A stretch of DNA of 64,000 nt from a virus. Shown here piece by piece: positions 51,205 to 59,944 of this stretch. A program made the position numbers and the translations under genes. Under the pieces are notes generated by a model that was not told where the DNA came from, made no database searches, and worked only from the letters and a program-made list of their open reading frames with translations. Each line of letters starts with the position of its first letter. The first letter of the stretch is position 1. Location of the stretch: the IMG/VR virus record IMGVR_UViG_3300047472_000449; one strand, given 5' to 3'.

Positions 51205-51248
51205 GATGACCTCGATGTGGCGGTGGGCGAATAGGGTATTGGCCCCGG

Positions 51249-51788
51249 TTAGTCCAGCGCCAAATCACCCAAAAACGGGACTTCGTAAAAGTTGTCCTTT
51301 TTATAGACGCTGATCGCTTGAAAATCCTCGTTGGAACGATACACAGCTTTGCCGGATTGCTTCACCAGCAGCCAGCCACCGGGTTGCGGAGAGTAGACAC
51401 TGGCCCAGGCATCATTGACATAAAGCGTGTGGCCGCACTCGCATTGCAGGGTGCATTCAGCCGAAGGCGCTGCATCAAAATCCCACTGCATCCAGTCCAC
51501 GAAGCCAGTGATCTTGAAGGCGCGTACCAGTACTGTCTTGCTGTCCTTCGGCACAGGAGTAAAGCGGTGGACTTGATACGTACGGGGCGGCTTTCCGAGT
51601 ACCTCTTGAACACTGGTGGAGACGGATACGACACCATCTTCGCAGCTAAACGCTACAAGGCTGCCCACCTGATCCTCGGCGTAGACGACATTGCCCATCG
51701 ACATGGCGATGTGAAACCGTGCCGTGTCAGCAAACAATCGGTAACCGAGTGCCGAGAGTTGCTCCTGGATCGAGGGTTTGCTGTTCAT
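51249..51788 (-). CDS. hypothetical protein (179 aa)
   Basis: AGGA RBS. Confidence 0.7.
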   Translation of the reverse strand: MNSKPSIQEQLSALGYRLFADTARFHIAMSMGNVVYAEDQVGSLVAFSCEDGVVSVSTSVQEVLGKPPRTYQVHRFTPVPKDSKTVLVRAFKITGFVDWMQWDFDAAPSAECTLQCECGHTLYVNDAWASVYSPQPGGWLLVKQSGKAVYRSNEDFQAISVYKKDNFYEVPFLGDLALD

Positions 51789-51842
51789 GGTCTTTCCTGT
51801 GTGCTCGGCAGCATTGGCCCGGTTTGACGGGCCTAGCGTGGA

Positions 51843-52112
51843 TTAGGCGGTCTTTTTGATTGGCCAAGGGGCATATTGCCCTTCCGGCAGCTCACTGGTC
51901 ACATTCCGTTCAGCCCACGCGAGGAAGGCCTCTCGGCTGACGGTTGGGTATTTGGCGCCAATCCCAACAGCCGGGCCGTCGTACTGGATCTGACTGCCGC
52001 CCATGCTCATCCAAATAATCGTGCGATCATTGACGCAAGAGGACTGGCCAGCGCGGCATGGTTTCTTGGCGCGGTAGGTATTGCCGACTGTCAGAATCAG
52101 TTCTTGGCTCAT
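51843..52112 (-). CDS. hypothetical protein (89 aa)
   Basis: Promoter 52147-52185. Confidence 0.7.
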   Translation of the reverse strand: MSQELILTVGNTYRAKKPCRAGQSSCVNDRTIIWMSMGGSQIQYDGPAVGIGAKYPTVSREAFLAWAERNVTSELPEGQYAPWPIKKTA

Positions 52113-52146
52113 TTGCATTACCCTGGATTGCTTGTTCGATTGGCTA

Positions 52147-52185
52147 ATAATACAGCTTATTTGCGTAAATGTCAATGCCATTTAT
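52147..52185 (-). promoter_or_regulatory. sigma70 promoter + degenerate operator
   Basis: TTGACA-17-TATTAT; GTCAATGCCATTTAT. Confidence 0.7.
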
Positions 52186-52265
52186 CAAGACTGATTGCCG
52201 GTTGGCGAGCAGAAACAAAAAGATCGGAGACGCTTGTGGCGACTCCGATCTTTTATCAGTACAGA

Positions 52266-52727
52266 TTATTCGAGGCCGTAAACCCGCAGATAACCTTTGT
52301 CCGATTTGTAGTGCAGCACATCAGTGTCGTGATGACGCACTTGCGGATTAACCATCCCGCTCAGCAGGCTCTCGGCGACTTTCACGGCTTCAACTTCGCT
52401 GCCGTAGTCGTTTTGAAAGGCCGGAATACCCGCCGACACCAGTTGCACACGGTAGGAGCCGATCATTCGGAAACCGTTGTCACGGCCCCAGGCAGCAGCT
52501 TCGTCTCGCGTGCCGAAATGCAGATTGCATTTCTCGCCGTTGATGGTAAAGCGCTCGGTGTTTTCAGTAACATCGTAGCCTTTGTAAGGCACGACCCGCG
52601 CTTGGGGTTTTTTCGACTCGATGGCCGCATCCCAGGCCCGGCGAGCAATGCTCTCCGGGGTGTCATTGCGCAACAGCTGCTCGTTGGCGCTGGCCCAATG
52701 CTCTTCAAACGTCACCGGTACAGACAT
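52266..52727 (-). CDS. hypothetical protein (153 aa)
   Basis: GGAG RBS. Confidence 0.7.
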   Translation of the reverse strand: MSVPVTFEEHWASANEQLLRNDTPESIARRAWDAAIESKKPQARVVPYKGYDVTENTERFTINGEKCNLHFGTRDEAAAWGRDNGFRMIGSYRVQLVSAGIPAFQNDYGSEVEAVKVAESLLSGMVNPQVRHHDTDVLHYKSDKGYLRVYGLE

Positions 52728-52774
52728 GGTGCTCTCCAGCCGGACAATCGGAATTGCTTGGAAAACAGCTCAGG

Positions 52775-53068
52775 TCAAGCGGCCTGAGCGGCGGTGTCTT
52801 CGTAGGTCATCTTGCCGTTGCCCAGCTTCACGCCCATGCCATCGGCCAGACGTTGAATCGCGGTTTCGGCGACGGCGATGCTGTCAGTCCAGAACTCGAC
52901 GATCATCAGGCTTGGGTGGTCGCCACGGATGAAAGGCTGAGCGACTTTGACAGCTTCATCGCTTTTCATCAGATCGGTGATAGCCTGACGCTGTTCGGCG
53001 CTGACGTGCATGGCCTGGAAAGCGAAGCTACCAGCGCTTTTGATTTTGGTGATGATGATGTTTTTCAT
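52775..53068 (-). CDS. hypothetical protein (97 aa), paralogue of 54807-55097
   Basis: Shared EQR..I...M.SD....A.PF..GD....LM.VEFWT......RLAD..G..LG.G. Confidence 0.75.
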   Translation of the reverse strand: MKNIIITKIKSAGSFAFQAMHVSAEQRQAITDLMKSDEAVKVAQPFIRGDHPSLMIVEFWTDSIAVAETAIQRLADGMGVKLGNGKMTYEDTAAQAA

Positions 53069-53101
53069 TTCAACAATCCTTGGTGCGTTTCAGATGTGCC
53101 C

Positions 53102-53140
53102 AGTATATCCAGGCCGAGGTTATTTGTCAATCACATTTAC
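53102..53140 (-). promoter_or_regulatory. sigma70 promoter + variant operator
   Basis: TTGACA-17-TATACT; GTCAATCACATTTAC. Confidence 0.75.
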
Positions 53141-53257
53141 TTTAATTTGCTTCAAACACTCTAGCGATCTACACCTTTTTGCGACGGCTTAACCTGTATT
53201 CAACCACGGCGAGATTGTATCGATCTCGCCGTGTCTCGCTTACGCCGTGAGACTTAA

Positions 53258-53470
53258 TTAGCCTTGAGCGGCCAGCATATCGCCCTGGGTTGCATTTGTG
53301 GCCTGGGCGCCCCGCAGTTCGCGATTCATGGCGCGAATCACATCTTCACGAGTGCGGCCAGACACATTCAGCCCGCAGAATTTTTTCAGATGTTCTTTTG
53401 CAGCCTTGGGGGTGATGTGATTGAGATCCAGTTTGGTGGTGAGGGTCTGGACGGTCATTTTATCGATCAT
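53258..53470 (-). CDS. small hypothetical protein (70 aa)
   Basis: Promoter 53505-53543. Confidence 0.6.
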   Translation of the reverse strand: MIDKMTVQTLTTKLDLNHITPKAAKEHLKKFCGLNVSGRTREDVIRAMNRELRGAQATNATQGDMLAAQG

Positions 53471-53504
53471 TTTTCATCACCGCTTTGCCTGTCTTGATGG
53501 GTTT

Positions 53505-53543
53505 AGTATATCCAGGCGCAAGCATCATGTCAAACACATTGTC
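53505..53543 (-). promoter_or_regulatory. sigma70 promoter + variant operator
   Basis: TTGACA-17-TATACT; GTCAAACACATTGTC. Confidence 0.75.
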
Positions 53544-53736
53544 ATTAATTAATTGAAAACTTTTACCGTGCCATTTGCACAGGATCATGAGACAGGTGCT
53601 TCGCCTTTTCCACTGCCTCGCCCCGGTGGCTGGCATGAATGTGGAACACCTCACTTTGATCGTAAGCGGGATCGTTCGGCCTGGGTTTGCCCCAAGTGCC
53701 GTTGGGATATCGCGCCACCGTCCAGATCGCCATTAA

Positions 53737-54156
53737 TTACTGACCAAGCTTCTGCTTAAGTCGCGCAAATTCAGCTTCGTCAGCCGACTTCTGTTCCTGT
53801 TTCAGCTTCTCAGCCAGGGCGATGACTTCATCCGTGGTGGGATTGGAAGGCAGGGCAATATTGGTTTGATTGAAGGTTGTTTTGCCGCTTCTCACTGAGT
53901 AATTGGTGGATACGTTGGCGCTATCAATGAAGTAGACATAGTGGGCGTAATATTCACCCTGAACCCATGTTCTGATGCGGTTCACTGCGCGACCATCTGG
54001 CAGAACGCCCACTTGCTCTGGATTGGCGATGCTTGCTTCGTTTCTCGCCTGAGTCAGCTTTTCTTTCTCAACAATCTCTTCAGGGGTTGAGGGGCAGCCC
54101 GCCAGCAATACGAATGACGCCATTAAAGAGGTCATCAGAATCTTTTTTAACATCAC
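53737..54156 (-). CDS. lipoprotein (139 aa)
   Basis: Lipobox LAG-C. Confidence 0.75.
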   Translation of the reverse strand: MMLKKILMTSLMASFVLLAGCPSTPEEIVEKEKLTQARNEASIANPEQVGVLPDGRAVNRIRTWVQGEYYAHYVYFIDSANVSTNYSVRSGKTTFNQTNIALPSNPTTDEVIALAEKLKQEQKSADEAEFARLKQKLGQ

Positions 54157-54227
54157 TTGTCACCTTCCTGGCTGGTTTATATTTGTTCAATATTATATAA
54201 ACCAGCCAGATTGTTCAACCGGTGCTG

Positions 54228-54581
54228 TTACTGGCGTCCAGAATTCGCTGGCGGTTGCGCCATGGGGCGATACATCTTGTCCAGTTCATCCATGGCCCTG
54301 ATGCGCTCCTCCAGATGCTTGTGCTGAGCGACCAGCTCTTTATTGCGGGTGTACCAGCTCAGGGCATCGACCCAGGAAAAGTGGTAATCGGCTTTAAACT
54401 TCAGCAGATTGCTCCGCGTCGAACCTTCGGTGTGCAGCAGGGCAAAGATCGTGAAAGCGGTTTTGTCGGCAAAAAACTCGACCGGCTCCAGGCAGCGAGG
54501 CGTCACCCGCTCCCACACCATGGTGGTGTTATGGCTCTCATCGCGCTCTTCGTAGTGCGCGCAATCGTCTTCATGGCGCAT
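54228..54581 (-). CDS. hypothetical protein (117 aa)
   Basis: Co-oriented operon gene. Confidence 0.7.
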   Translation of the reverse strand: MRHEDDCAHYEERDESHNTTMVWERVTPRCLEPVEFFADKTAFTIFALLHTEGSTRSNLLKFKADYHFSWVDALSWYTRNKELVAQHKHLEERIRAMDELDKMYRPMAQPPANSGRQ

Positions 54582-54585
54582 GCGG

Positions 54586-54777
54586 CTACCCCTTCAGGCT
54601 GGCTTCTTGGATCAGGTAGTCCGCGATTTCGGAAATCTTCATGCCGTTGTCGCGGAATTCGTCGGCGGTCTGCTTTTGTGCGTCGGTGAGCGCTGCCGGA
54701 TCGAAGGGCACGCGCATGCCCAGCTTCTTCATTTCCGTCAGTTCCAGCGCGACTTGCTCGGCGGTGGTCATTCGCAT
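54586..54777 (-). CDS. small hypothetical protein (63 aa)
   Basis: AAGGA RBS. Confidence 0.7.
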   Translation of the reverse strand: MRMTTAEQVALELTEMKKLGMRVPFDPAALTDAQKQTADEFRDNGMKISEIADYLIQEASLKG

Positions 54778-54806
54778 GATGTAATCCTTGGGTGGTGGGC
54801 GGTTGG

Positions 54807-55097
54807 TCAGGCCAGACCGAGTTCTTCTCGGGTAAAGCTACCATAGCCCAGTTCGGCGCCGATACTGTCCGCCAAGCGTTTCATGCTGGCTTTGATCAGA
54901 TCCAGGTTCGCCGTCCAGAACTCGACCATCAGCCATTCGCGCTGGTCGCCTTGAAGAAACGGATGGGCCTCTTTCACTTCGTCCGAGCGCATGGTGATCA
55001 GGATCTTCTCACGCTGCTCAGGGGTCGGAAAGTACACCTGAAACGAGTGATTCTTGCCGCACATGGGCGGCACGTGTTTGGCGATGGCGGTTTTCAT
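54807..55097 (-). CDS. hypothetical protein (96 aa), paralogue of 52775-53068
   Basis: GAGG RBS; shared motifs. Confidence 0.75.
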   Translation of the reverse strand: MKTAIAKHVPPMCGKNHSFQVYFPTPEQREKILITMRSDEVKEAHPFLQGDQREWLMVEFWTANLDLIKASMKRLADSIGAELGYGSFTREELGLA

Positions 55098-55139
55098 GGT
55101 GACCTCATGTCACATCAAGGGAAAAGAAAGCCTCAGGCT

Positions 55140-55673
55140 TTACGGCACCAGAGGCAATTTGATCGATTTTCGTAGGTGCTTTCGTTCCGGGTAGAAAATT
55201 AGCGGAACGTCTGCATGACCGGCCCGCAGGTAGCTATGCAGACGGTGGTGGCCGTCATAGAACACTTCGTCATCGCCATCGCCCAGGATCACCGGCCAGC
55301 GGCCTTCTTCACCGTACTCGGGCGTATCGCCGTGACTCAAGTACCATTTTTGATAGTCCTCGAACGATTGGAAATCCTTCGAGATATCGGTATTGCTCAT
55401 GAGGCCATCTTTGGCCTGCTGGGCAGTGATCGTGGTGATACCAAACCGCTCGTGACCATAGGCTTCAACAAACCGAGGCAAGCTTGCCTCGAATGCGGCC
55501 ATCGGGTTGGTGTCACCTGCTCGCGAGTCTTCGATCTCAACTTCCCAGGCATCCCCCTCCATGCCCATGTACCACGCCATGGCCAGCTGATACGGCACGG
55601 GCAACTGTGAAAAGGGCAAGATTTGATAGTCACTGCCGATCAGGGCATCACGGCGAGTCATCGTGGCGCTCAT
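55140..55673 (-). CDS. ParB/Srx-like domain protein, array member A (177 aa)
   Basis: WPVILG....FYDGHHRLHSYLRAGHADVPLIFYP. Confidence 0.8.
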   Translation of the reverse strand: MSATMTRRDALIGSDYQILPFSQLPVPYQLAMAWYMGMEGDAWEVEIEDSRAGDTNPMAAFEASLPRFVEAYGHERFGITTITAQQAKDGLMSNTDISKDFQSFEDYQKWYLSHGDTPEYGEEGRWPVILGDGDDEVFYDGHHRLHSYLRAGHADVPLIFYPERKHLRKSIKLPLVP

Positions 55674-56260
55674 GTACGTTCCTCGTTGGGTTGGCCAGCC
55701 GTCGCAAGCAGGCGATCCAGATTTTCTTGCAGGGTCTGGCGCTGTTCTTCGGTCAGATGGCAAGCATCCGGAAAGAAGATCACCGGGATATCGGTGTGGC
55801 CACTGCGCAAGTAGCTGTGCAAGCGGACATAACCGTCTTCAAAGGTATCCATGTACGTGTCTTGCGCCAGGAACACCGGCCAGCGGTTGTCGGCGTCATA
55901 GACCGGAACGAGGTTCTGTTCGAGAAACTGCTGGTGGTACTGCTCAAACGTGCCGTATTCCTCAACCAGCGTTTTGCCGTCAACGGTTTCGTAGTCGGTC
56001 ATCACCGCATCTTTGGCCTGCTGTGCAGTGATGGTGGTCACGCCGAACAGAACATCACCGTTTTCCTCAACGTAAAACGGCAGACTTGCGCGCAGTTGAT
56101 CCATCACGTCGATCATCGCAGGGTGCAGATCAGGCCAGTCCCAGGCGCAGCCATCCACAGCCATGTACCACGCAATGGCCAGCTGATGTGCTTGCGGCAA
56201 CTGCGCGAATGGCAGGACTTGGTATTCGGTGCCGATCAGGCTGTGGCGTCGTCCAAGCAT
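55670..56260 (-). CDS. ParB/Srx-like domain protein, array member B (196 aa)
   Basis: WPVFLA....FEDGYVRLHSYLRSGHTDIPVIFFP. Confidence 0.8.
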   Translation of the reverse strand: MLGRRHSLIGTEYQVLPFAQLPQAHQLAIAWYMAVDGCAWDWPDLHPAMIDVMDQLRASLPFYVEENGDVLFGVTTITAQQAKDAVMTDYETVDGKTLVEEYGTFEQYHQQFLEQNLVPVYDADNRWPVFLAQDTYMDTFEDGYVRLHSYLRSGHTDIPVIFFPDACHLTEEQRQTLQENLDRLLATAGQPNEERT

Positions 56261-56335
56261 GGAGGGTCTCTTGATAATTAAGGGGCTGCGAATTATGGGC
56301 TCGCGCTGCCTAAACAGCGCGGGCACTCAGGGTGA

Positions 56336-56875
56336 TTAAGCCATCGACTCCTGCACCAGCAGTTGCAGGTGCTTGCGATCCGGGAAGAAGACCATTGGAA
56401 TGGTCTCATGACCGTCGCGCAGGTAGCTGTGCAGGCGCTCATAGCCGTCCTGAAAGGTTGCACTGGCGCCGTTGCCGAGGATCACTGGCCAGCGCTTGTC
56501 GTGGCTGTAGGTCGGGAAATCGCCGTTGCGCAGGTATTCGGCGTGAATCTCTGCAAAGGACAGACGAACGCCCAGTGTTTCGGCATCATGTTGCAGCGAT
56601 TGCTTGGCCTGCTGAGCAGTGATGGTATTCAGACCGAACGGCACGGTGCCGTGGTTTTTGACGAACTGCGGCAGGTGCGCAGCAAACTCCGCCATCGACG
56701 CCGGGTCGCGACGGTCGAAGTCAGGCTTGTTTTTGAGGGTGTCAGACCATGAATCATTATCCACGGCCATGTACCATGCCACAGCGAGCTGATGCTCGAC
56801 TGGCAGGTGGGCAAAGGTGGTGATTTGGAAATTATTGCCGATCAGGGCAACGCGTCGAGTCGTATCGTGGCTCAT
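56336..56875 (-). CDS. ParB/Srx-like domain protein, array member C (179 aa)
   Basis: WPVILG....FQDGYERLHSYLRDGHETIPMVFFP. Confidence 0.8.
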   Translation of the reverse strand: MSHDTTRRVALIGNNFQITTFAHLPVEHQLAVAWYMAVDNDSWSDTLKNKPDFDRRDPASMAEFAAHLPQFVKNHGTVPFGLNTITAQQAKQSLQHDAETLGVRLSFAEIHAEYLRNGDFPTYSHDKRWPVILGNGASATFQDGYERLHSYLRDGHETIPMVFFPDRKHLQLLVQESMA

Positions 56876-56928
56876 GGCGCTTTTCTCTTTTTCTGTATTG
56901 TTAAGGCGGGATGTGTTCAGCTGTGCCC

Positions 56929-56957
56929 ATTCTAACGATAAGAGCCATTTCTGTCAA
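56929..56957 (-). promoter_or_regulatory. sigma70 promoter of ParB-like members C-B-A
   Basis: TTGACA-17-TAGAAT. Confidence 0.7.
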
Positions 56958-57049
56958 TGATAAAAACAATTATGGGTGGCAAATAAATAATTAGTTAAAA
57001 TCTATAGATCATCCATCGCGCCATCTGACGGCGCGATGTGTCGATGTCT

Positions 57050-58366
57050 TTACAGCTGATGCTGATCAGCGAAGAAGATCACCGGGACATCCCGATGACC
57101 GCTACGCAGATAGCTGTGCAGGCGTGCATAGCCGTCAATAAAGGCGCTCGGGTAGGTGTCCTTGGCCAGAATCAGTGGCCAGCGATCCTCCGGTGCATAG
57201 CCAGGAATGGGCGCATAGCTGAGGAATTTCTGATGATATGCCTCAAAAGAGCCATGCTCCCTGAGTATCTCAAAATCCGTCATCACAACCTCTTTGGCTT
57301 GCTGGTCGCTGATCGATGTAATTCCAAAACGGACATCGCCAAAACGCTCGATGTAGCGGTGAAGATTGGACTGAAGTTCGTGCGTCAGATCGGCCCCGGC
57401 GTAACTCGGCGGAGTGAACGCGCTCCACCATTCGTTGTGATCGACAGCCATGTGCCACGCAACCGCCAGTTGATGCGACACAGGCAGCTCTGCGTAGCTC
57501 ATGATTTCAAACTCAGACCCAATCAATTGGCGACTTCTTCCCTCTTCTGCCAGTGACTCGGTGAGTGTCGGCGTGAATGTGATTTCGGGCTCGATGGCGC
57601 CTTCAAAGTCAATGGCTTCAAAATCAAGCTTGGGGGTCAAATACGTTCTTTTGGCGGGTGGTTTTGGTCTATAGCCCATGCCGCGACAGCCCCAGCATGT
57701 TTTTCGTTGTGGGCAAACTGATTCCAGTTGTCCTTTAGGAGTCGTTGTCCAGCTGGTAATTATGACGTTGTAGCCACGCCCCTGACAGGAGTCGCAGCTG
57801 ACAAGATCGGGCGGTAGAGTGCGAAGGTCATTGGACAGTGGAAACAACTCACCTCCAATGTTCTTTTCCCAATCGAAAAACGGCTCTTTTCCCCTCGCGT
57901 CTCGTTCGATTTCCCAGCGCATTTTCCGCTGTAGTTTTTTGATTTTAGGGTGTTGGTCGAGTGCCAGAATAAAAATAACGGGGTCGGCGTTGTCACTCCC
58001 TTCGACATAGGCATGCAGTGTTTGAATGCCATCTTTCTTGCCGAATGGATTGAGCATCACTGGGTGCTTGAGATTGAAATCAGTGTAGTTGCTTAGGAGT
58101 TTTTCATCCCTCAGGTGTTGTAGATAGTCTTCAAATTGCTCAAAGCGACCGGCAACGTCAGGGTGGAGCATCAGGGCTTCTTTGGCCTGCCCTACCGTCA
58201 ACAGTGCGATTTTAAACAATGCCTCTTGCGCAATGGTAAAGGGCATTTTGTATTGGTATTCCCAGCCCACAGAAAGGCCACCTTCCGGGAGGTTTCCATA
58301 GGCAATGTCACGAAAATCGTAGGTGCTGACCAGTGCGTGGAGCCAGTCAAGGCGTGCCTTAATCAT
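57050..58366 (-). CDS. array member D: degenerate ParB/Srx-like domain + CxxCxGxG Zn finger + ParB/Srx-like domain (438 aa)
   Basis: N-terminal HPVML..KDGIQTLHAY..DPVIFI; CDSCQGRG/CWGCRGMG; C-terminal WPLIL..IDGYARLHSYLRSGHRDVPVIFF. Confidence 0.8.
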   Translation of the reverse strand: MIKARLDWLHALVSTYDFRDIAYGNLPEGGLSVGWEYQYKMPFTIAQEALFKIALLTVGQAKEALMLHPDVAGRFEQFEDYLQHLRDEKLLSNYTDFNLKHPVMLNPFGKKDGIQTLHAYVEGSDNADPVIFILALDQHPKIKKLQRKMRWEIERDARGKEPFFDWEKNIGGELFPLSNDLRTLPPDLVSCDSCQGRGYNVIITSWTTTPKGQLESVCPQRKTCWGCRGMGYRPKPPAKRTYLTPKLDFEAIDFEGAIEPEITFTPTLTESLAEEGRSRQLIGSEFEIMSYAELPVSHQLAVAWHMAVDHNEWWSAFTPPSYAGADLTHELQSNLHRYIERFGDVRFGITSISDQQAKEVVMTDFEILREHGSFEAYHQKFLSYAPIPGYAPEDRWPLILAKDTYPSAFIDGYARLHSYLRSGHRDVPVIFFADQHQL

Positions 58367-58805
58367 TGACGCTGTTCTCCCTGATGTGACTCAAAAGCTC
58401 ACGCGTTTCATCGGCGAAAGCGGTTGACCAGATGCGTTTTTCGTCCGTCGTGAAGGGCTGCATCTGAAAAAGCGCCAGTTTTTCCTGGTACTTCTCAAAC
58501 ATGTGTTGAGCCTCTTTGAGGATATCCACGCGCAAGCGCTCGGTGGCCTGTGGGATGTCCTGTTCCAGGCACGCGATACCGCGACACATATTGCTTCCGG
58601 GATCATTGCGGGTCATGCGCATCAATTCGCTGGCAGGAAATTTATGGCTGTTCCGATGGCAATAAACCCCATCCACCAGCTTGGCGTTCACCGGCAAGAT
58701 TTGGAGGATTGGTGCATTGATGTCGTCCACTGAGGTCAGGAGCAATTTGTAGTAAGTGTCTGGAAATTCCGGATCGATCACAATTTCTGTCATGGGGCTA
58801 CTCAT
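58359..58805 (-). CDS. hypothetical protein (148 aa), paralogue of 27153-27527
   Basis: Shared motifs. Confidence 0.75.
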   Translation of the reverse strand: MSSPMTEIVIDPEFPDTYYKLLLTSVDDINAPILQILPVNAKLVDGVYCHRNSHKFPASELMRMTRNDPGSNMCRGIACLEQDIPQATERLRVDILKEAQHMFEKYQEKLALFQMQPFTTDEKRIWSTAFADETRELLSHIRENSVND

Positions 58806-58849
58806 GTATTAAGGTTTTGGGCACAAAAACAGGGATTCTGATCTGGCGT

Positions 58850-59542
58850 TCACGATGAGAGCGCCGCTTCAATCCCTTCATTTGTCACGCAATAGATCGC
58901 GCCATCAAAGTTCATGCGTTCGTAATCCCACTTGGTGCGGTGGCCCTCTTCATCCAGCGTCTTCCCAAAGCTTTTCTTGAGGCTGCCCCACGCCCGTTTG
59001 GCGGGTTTCAGCGCCAGCATGGTGGCCGAGGTCACAGGGCAGTAAAGCATGCCTGAATCGTCCTCTGCGCCGCCCAGGGCGGAACGTAGTGTCTCGGCGT
59101 CGAGGATGGGGGCGTGATCCATCAGGTAACGACCCATTGGGCCAGAGAAGCTGTCAGTCACGCTGCTCAATCGGTATTTGTCGTCCTTGGTGCCGGTCGG
59201 CTTCCAGTATGTTCCAAACACCTGATCGCCAGAGATCGTAATTTTCTGAATGATCGCGAGCATGGTCACTCGTTCAATGAATAGGCTCGGCACAAAGGCC
59301 ACCAAACGTGGTGCCTCCCCACGCTGGCGCTGAGCAAACGCCCACAATGGGTGGGGCTTGGCATCCACTTCGACAGTTTTCCTGCCTTGGCATGTCCAGC
59401 ACGTCCCGTTTTGCCATACTCCCGGCTCATGCCCCTTGATCAAGACTATGTGCTCGCTGCCCTCATGCACAAAACGCACAAAGCCTTCGCCTTCGCACTT
59501 GGGGCACTCGATGGTGACTTTGCGAGTTTCGGTGCTGCTCAT
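58850..59542 (-). CDS. protein with DnaJ-type Zn finger motifs (230 aa)
   Basis: CPKCEGEG ... CWTCQGRK; AGGA RBS. Confidence 0.7.
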   Translation of the reverse strand: MSSTETRKVTIECPKCEGEGFVRFVHEGSEHIVLIKGHEPGVWQNGTCWTCQGRKTVEVDAKPHPLWAFAQRQRGEAPRLVAFVPSLFIERVTMLAIIQKITISGDQVFGTYWKPTGTKDDKYRLSSVTDSFSGPMGRYLMDHAPILDAETLRSALGGAEDDSGMLYCPVTSATMLALKPAKRAWGSLKKSFGKTLDEEGHRTKWDYERMNFDGAIYCVTNEGIEAALSS

Positions 59543-59581
59543 GTGAATTGTCCTGACAGCGACTAGCACTGCAAATGGGCC

Positions 59582-59842
59582 TTATTCGTCGGCAGAGGCG
59601 AACTTAGGCTGTGAATGGTCAGCTTGGTTTGCGTCGCCTTCTTTTTTGGGTATTCCACCCATCAGCCCAAACAGGTTGATGGTCGCCGCAAAAACGAACG
59701 CAGTAAAAAAGAGTCCGTGGACGATCAGCTCATCGGTCGAAAATTTCGACAGAGAAACGTTGTTCTTTGTAAAAATTACGGCAGCCATCGTGCTCAGAAC
59801 GGTGAGAGAAATGACTGCCGACGCTATTAGTTTGCCAATCAT
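59582..59842 (-). CDS. small 2-TM membrane protein (86 aa)
   Basis: Two hydrophobic helices; AAGGA RBS. Confidence 0.65.
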   Translation of the reverse strand: MIGKLIASAVISLTVLSTMAAVIFTKNNVSLSKFSTDELIVHGLFFTAFVFAATINLFGLMGGIPKKEGDANQADHSQPKFASADE

Positions 59843-59944
59843 GCTTTGATTCCTTATGAATGAATGGTGATAAAGTGCCCTGAGTGTATCATTGACAGAA
59901 ATACAGGCAATATAATTTAGCGCAAACTATAGTGGTTTTGTCTT

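Noticed and set aside
53553-53759. 68-aa plus-strand ORF with CxxC
   Set aside because: Poor RBS, opposite to local gene polarity, overlaps the 3' end of the lipoprotein gene; insufficient support.
55140-58366. ParABS partition locus
   Set aside because: Domains lack the ParB HTH/dimerisation region, and no ParA ATPase or parS repeats are seen.
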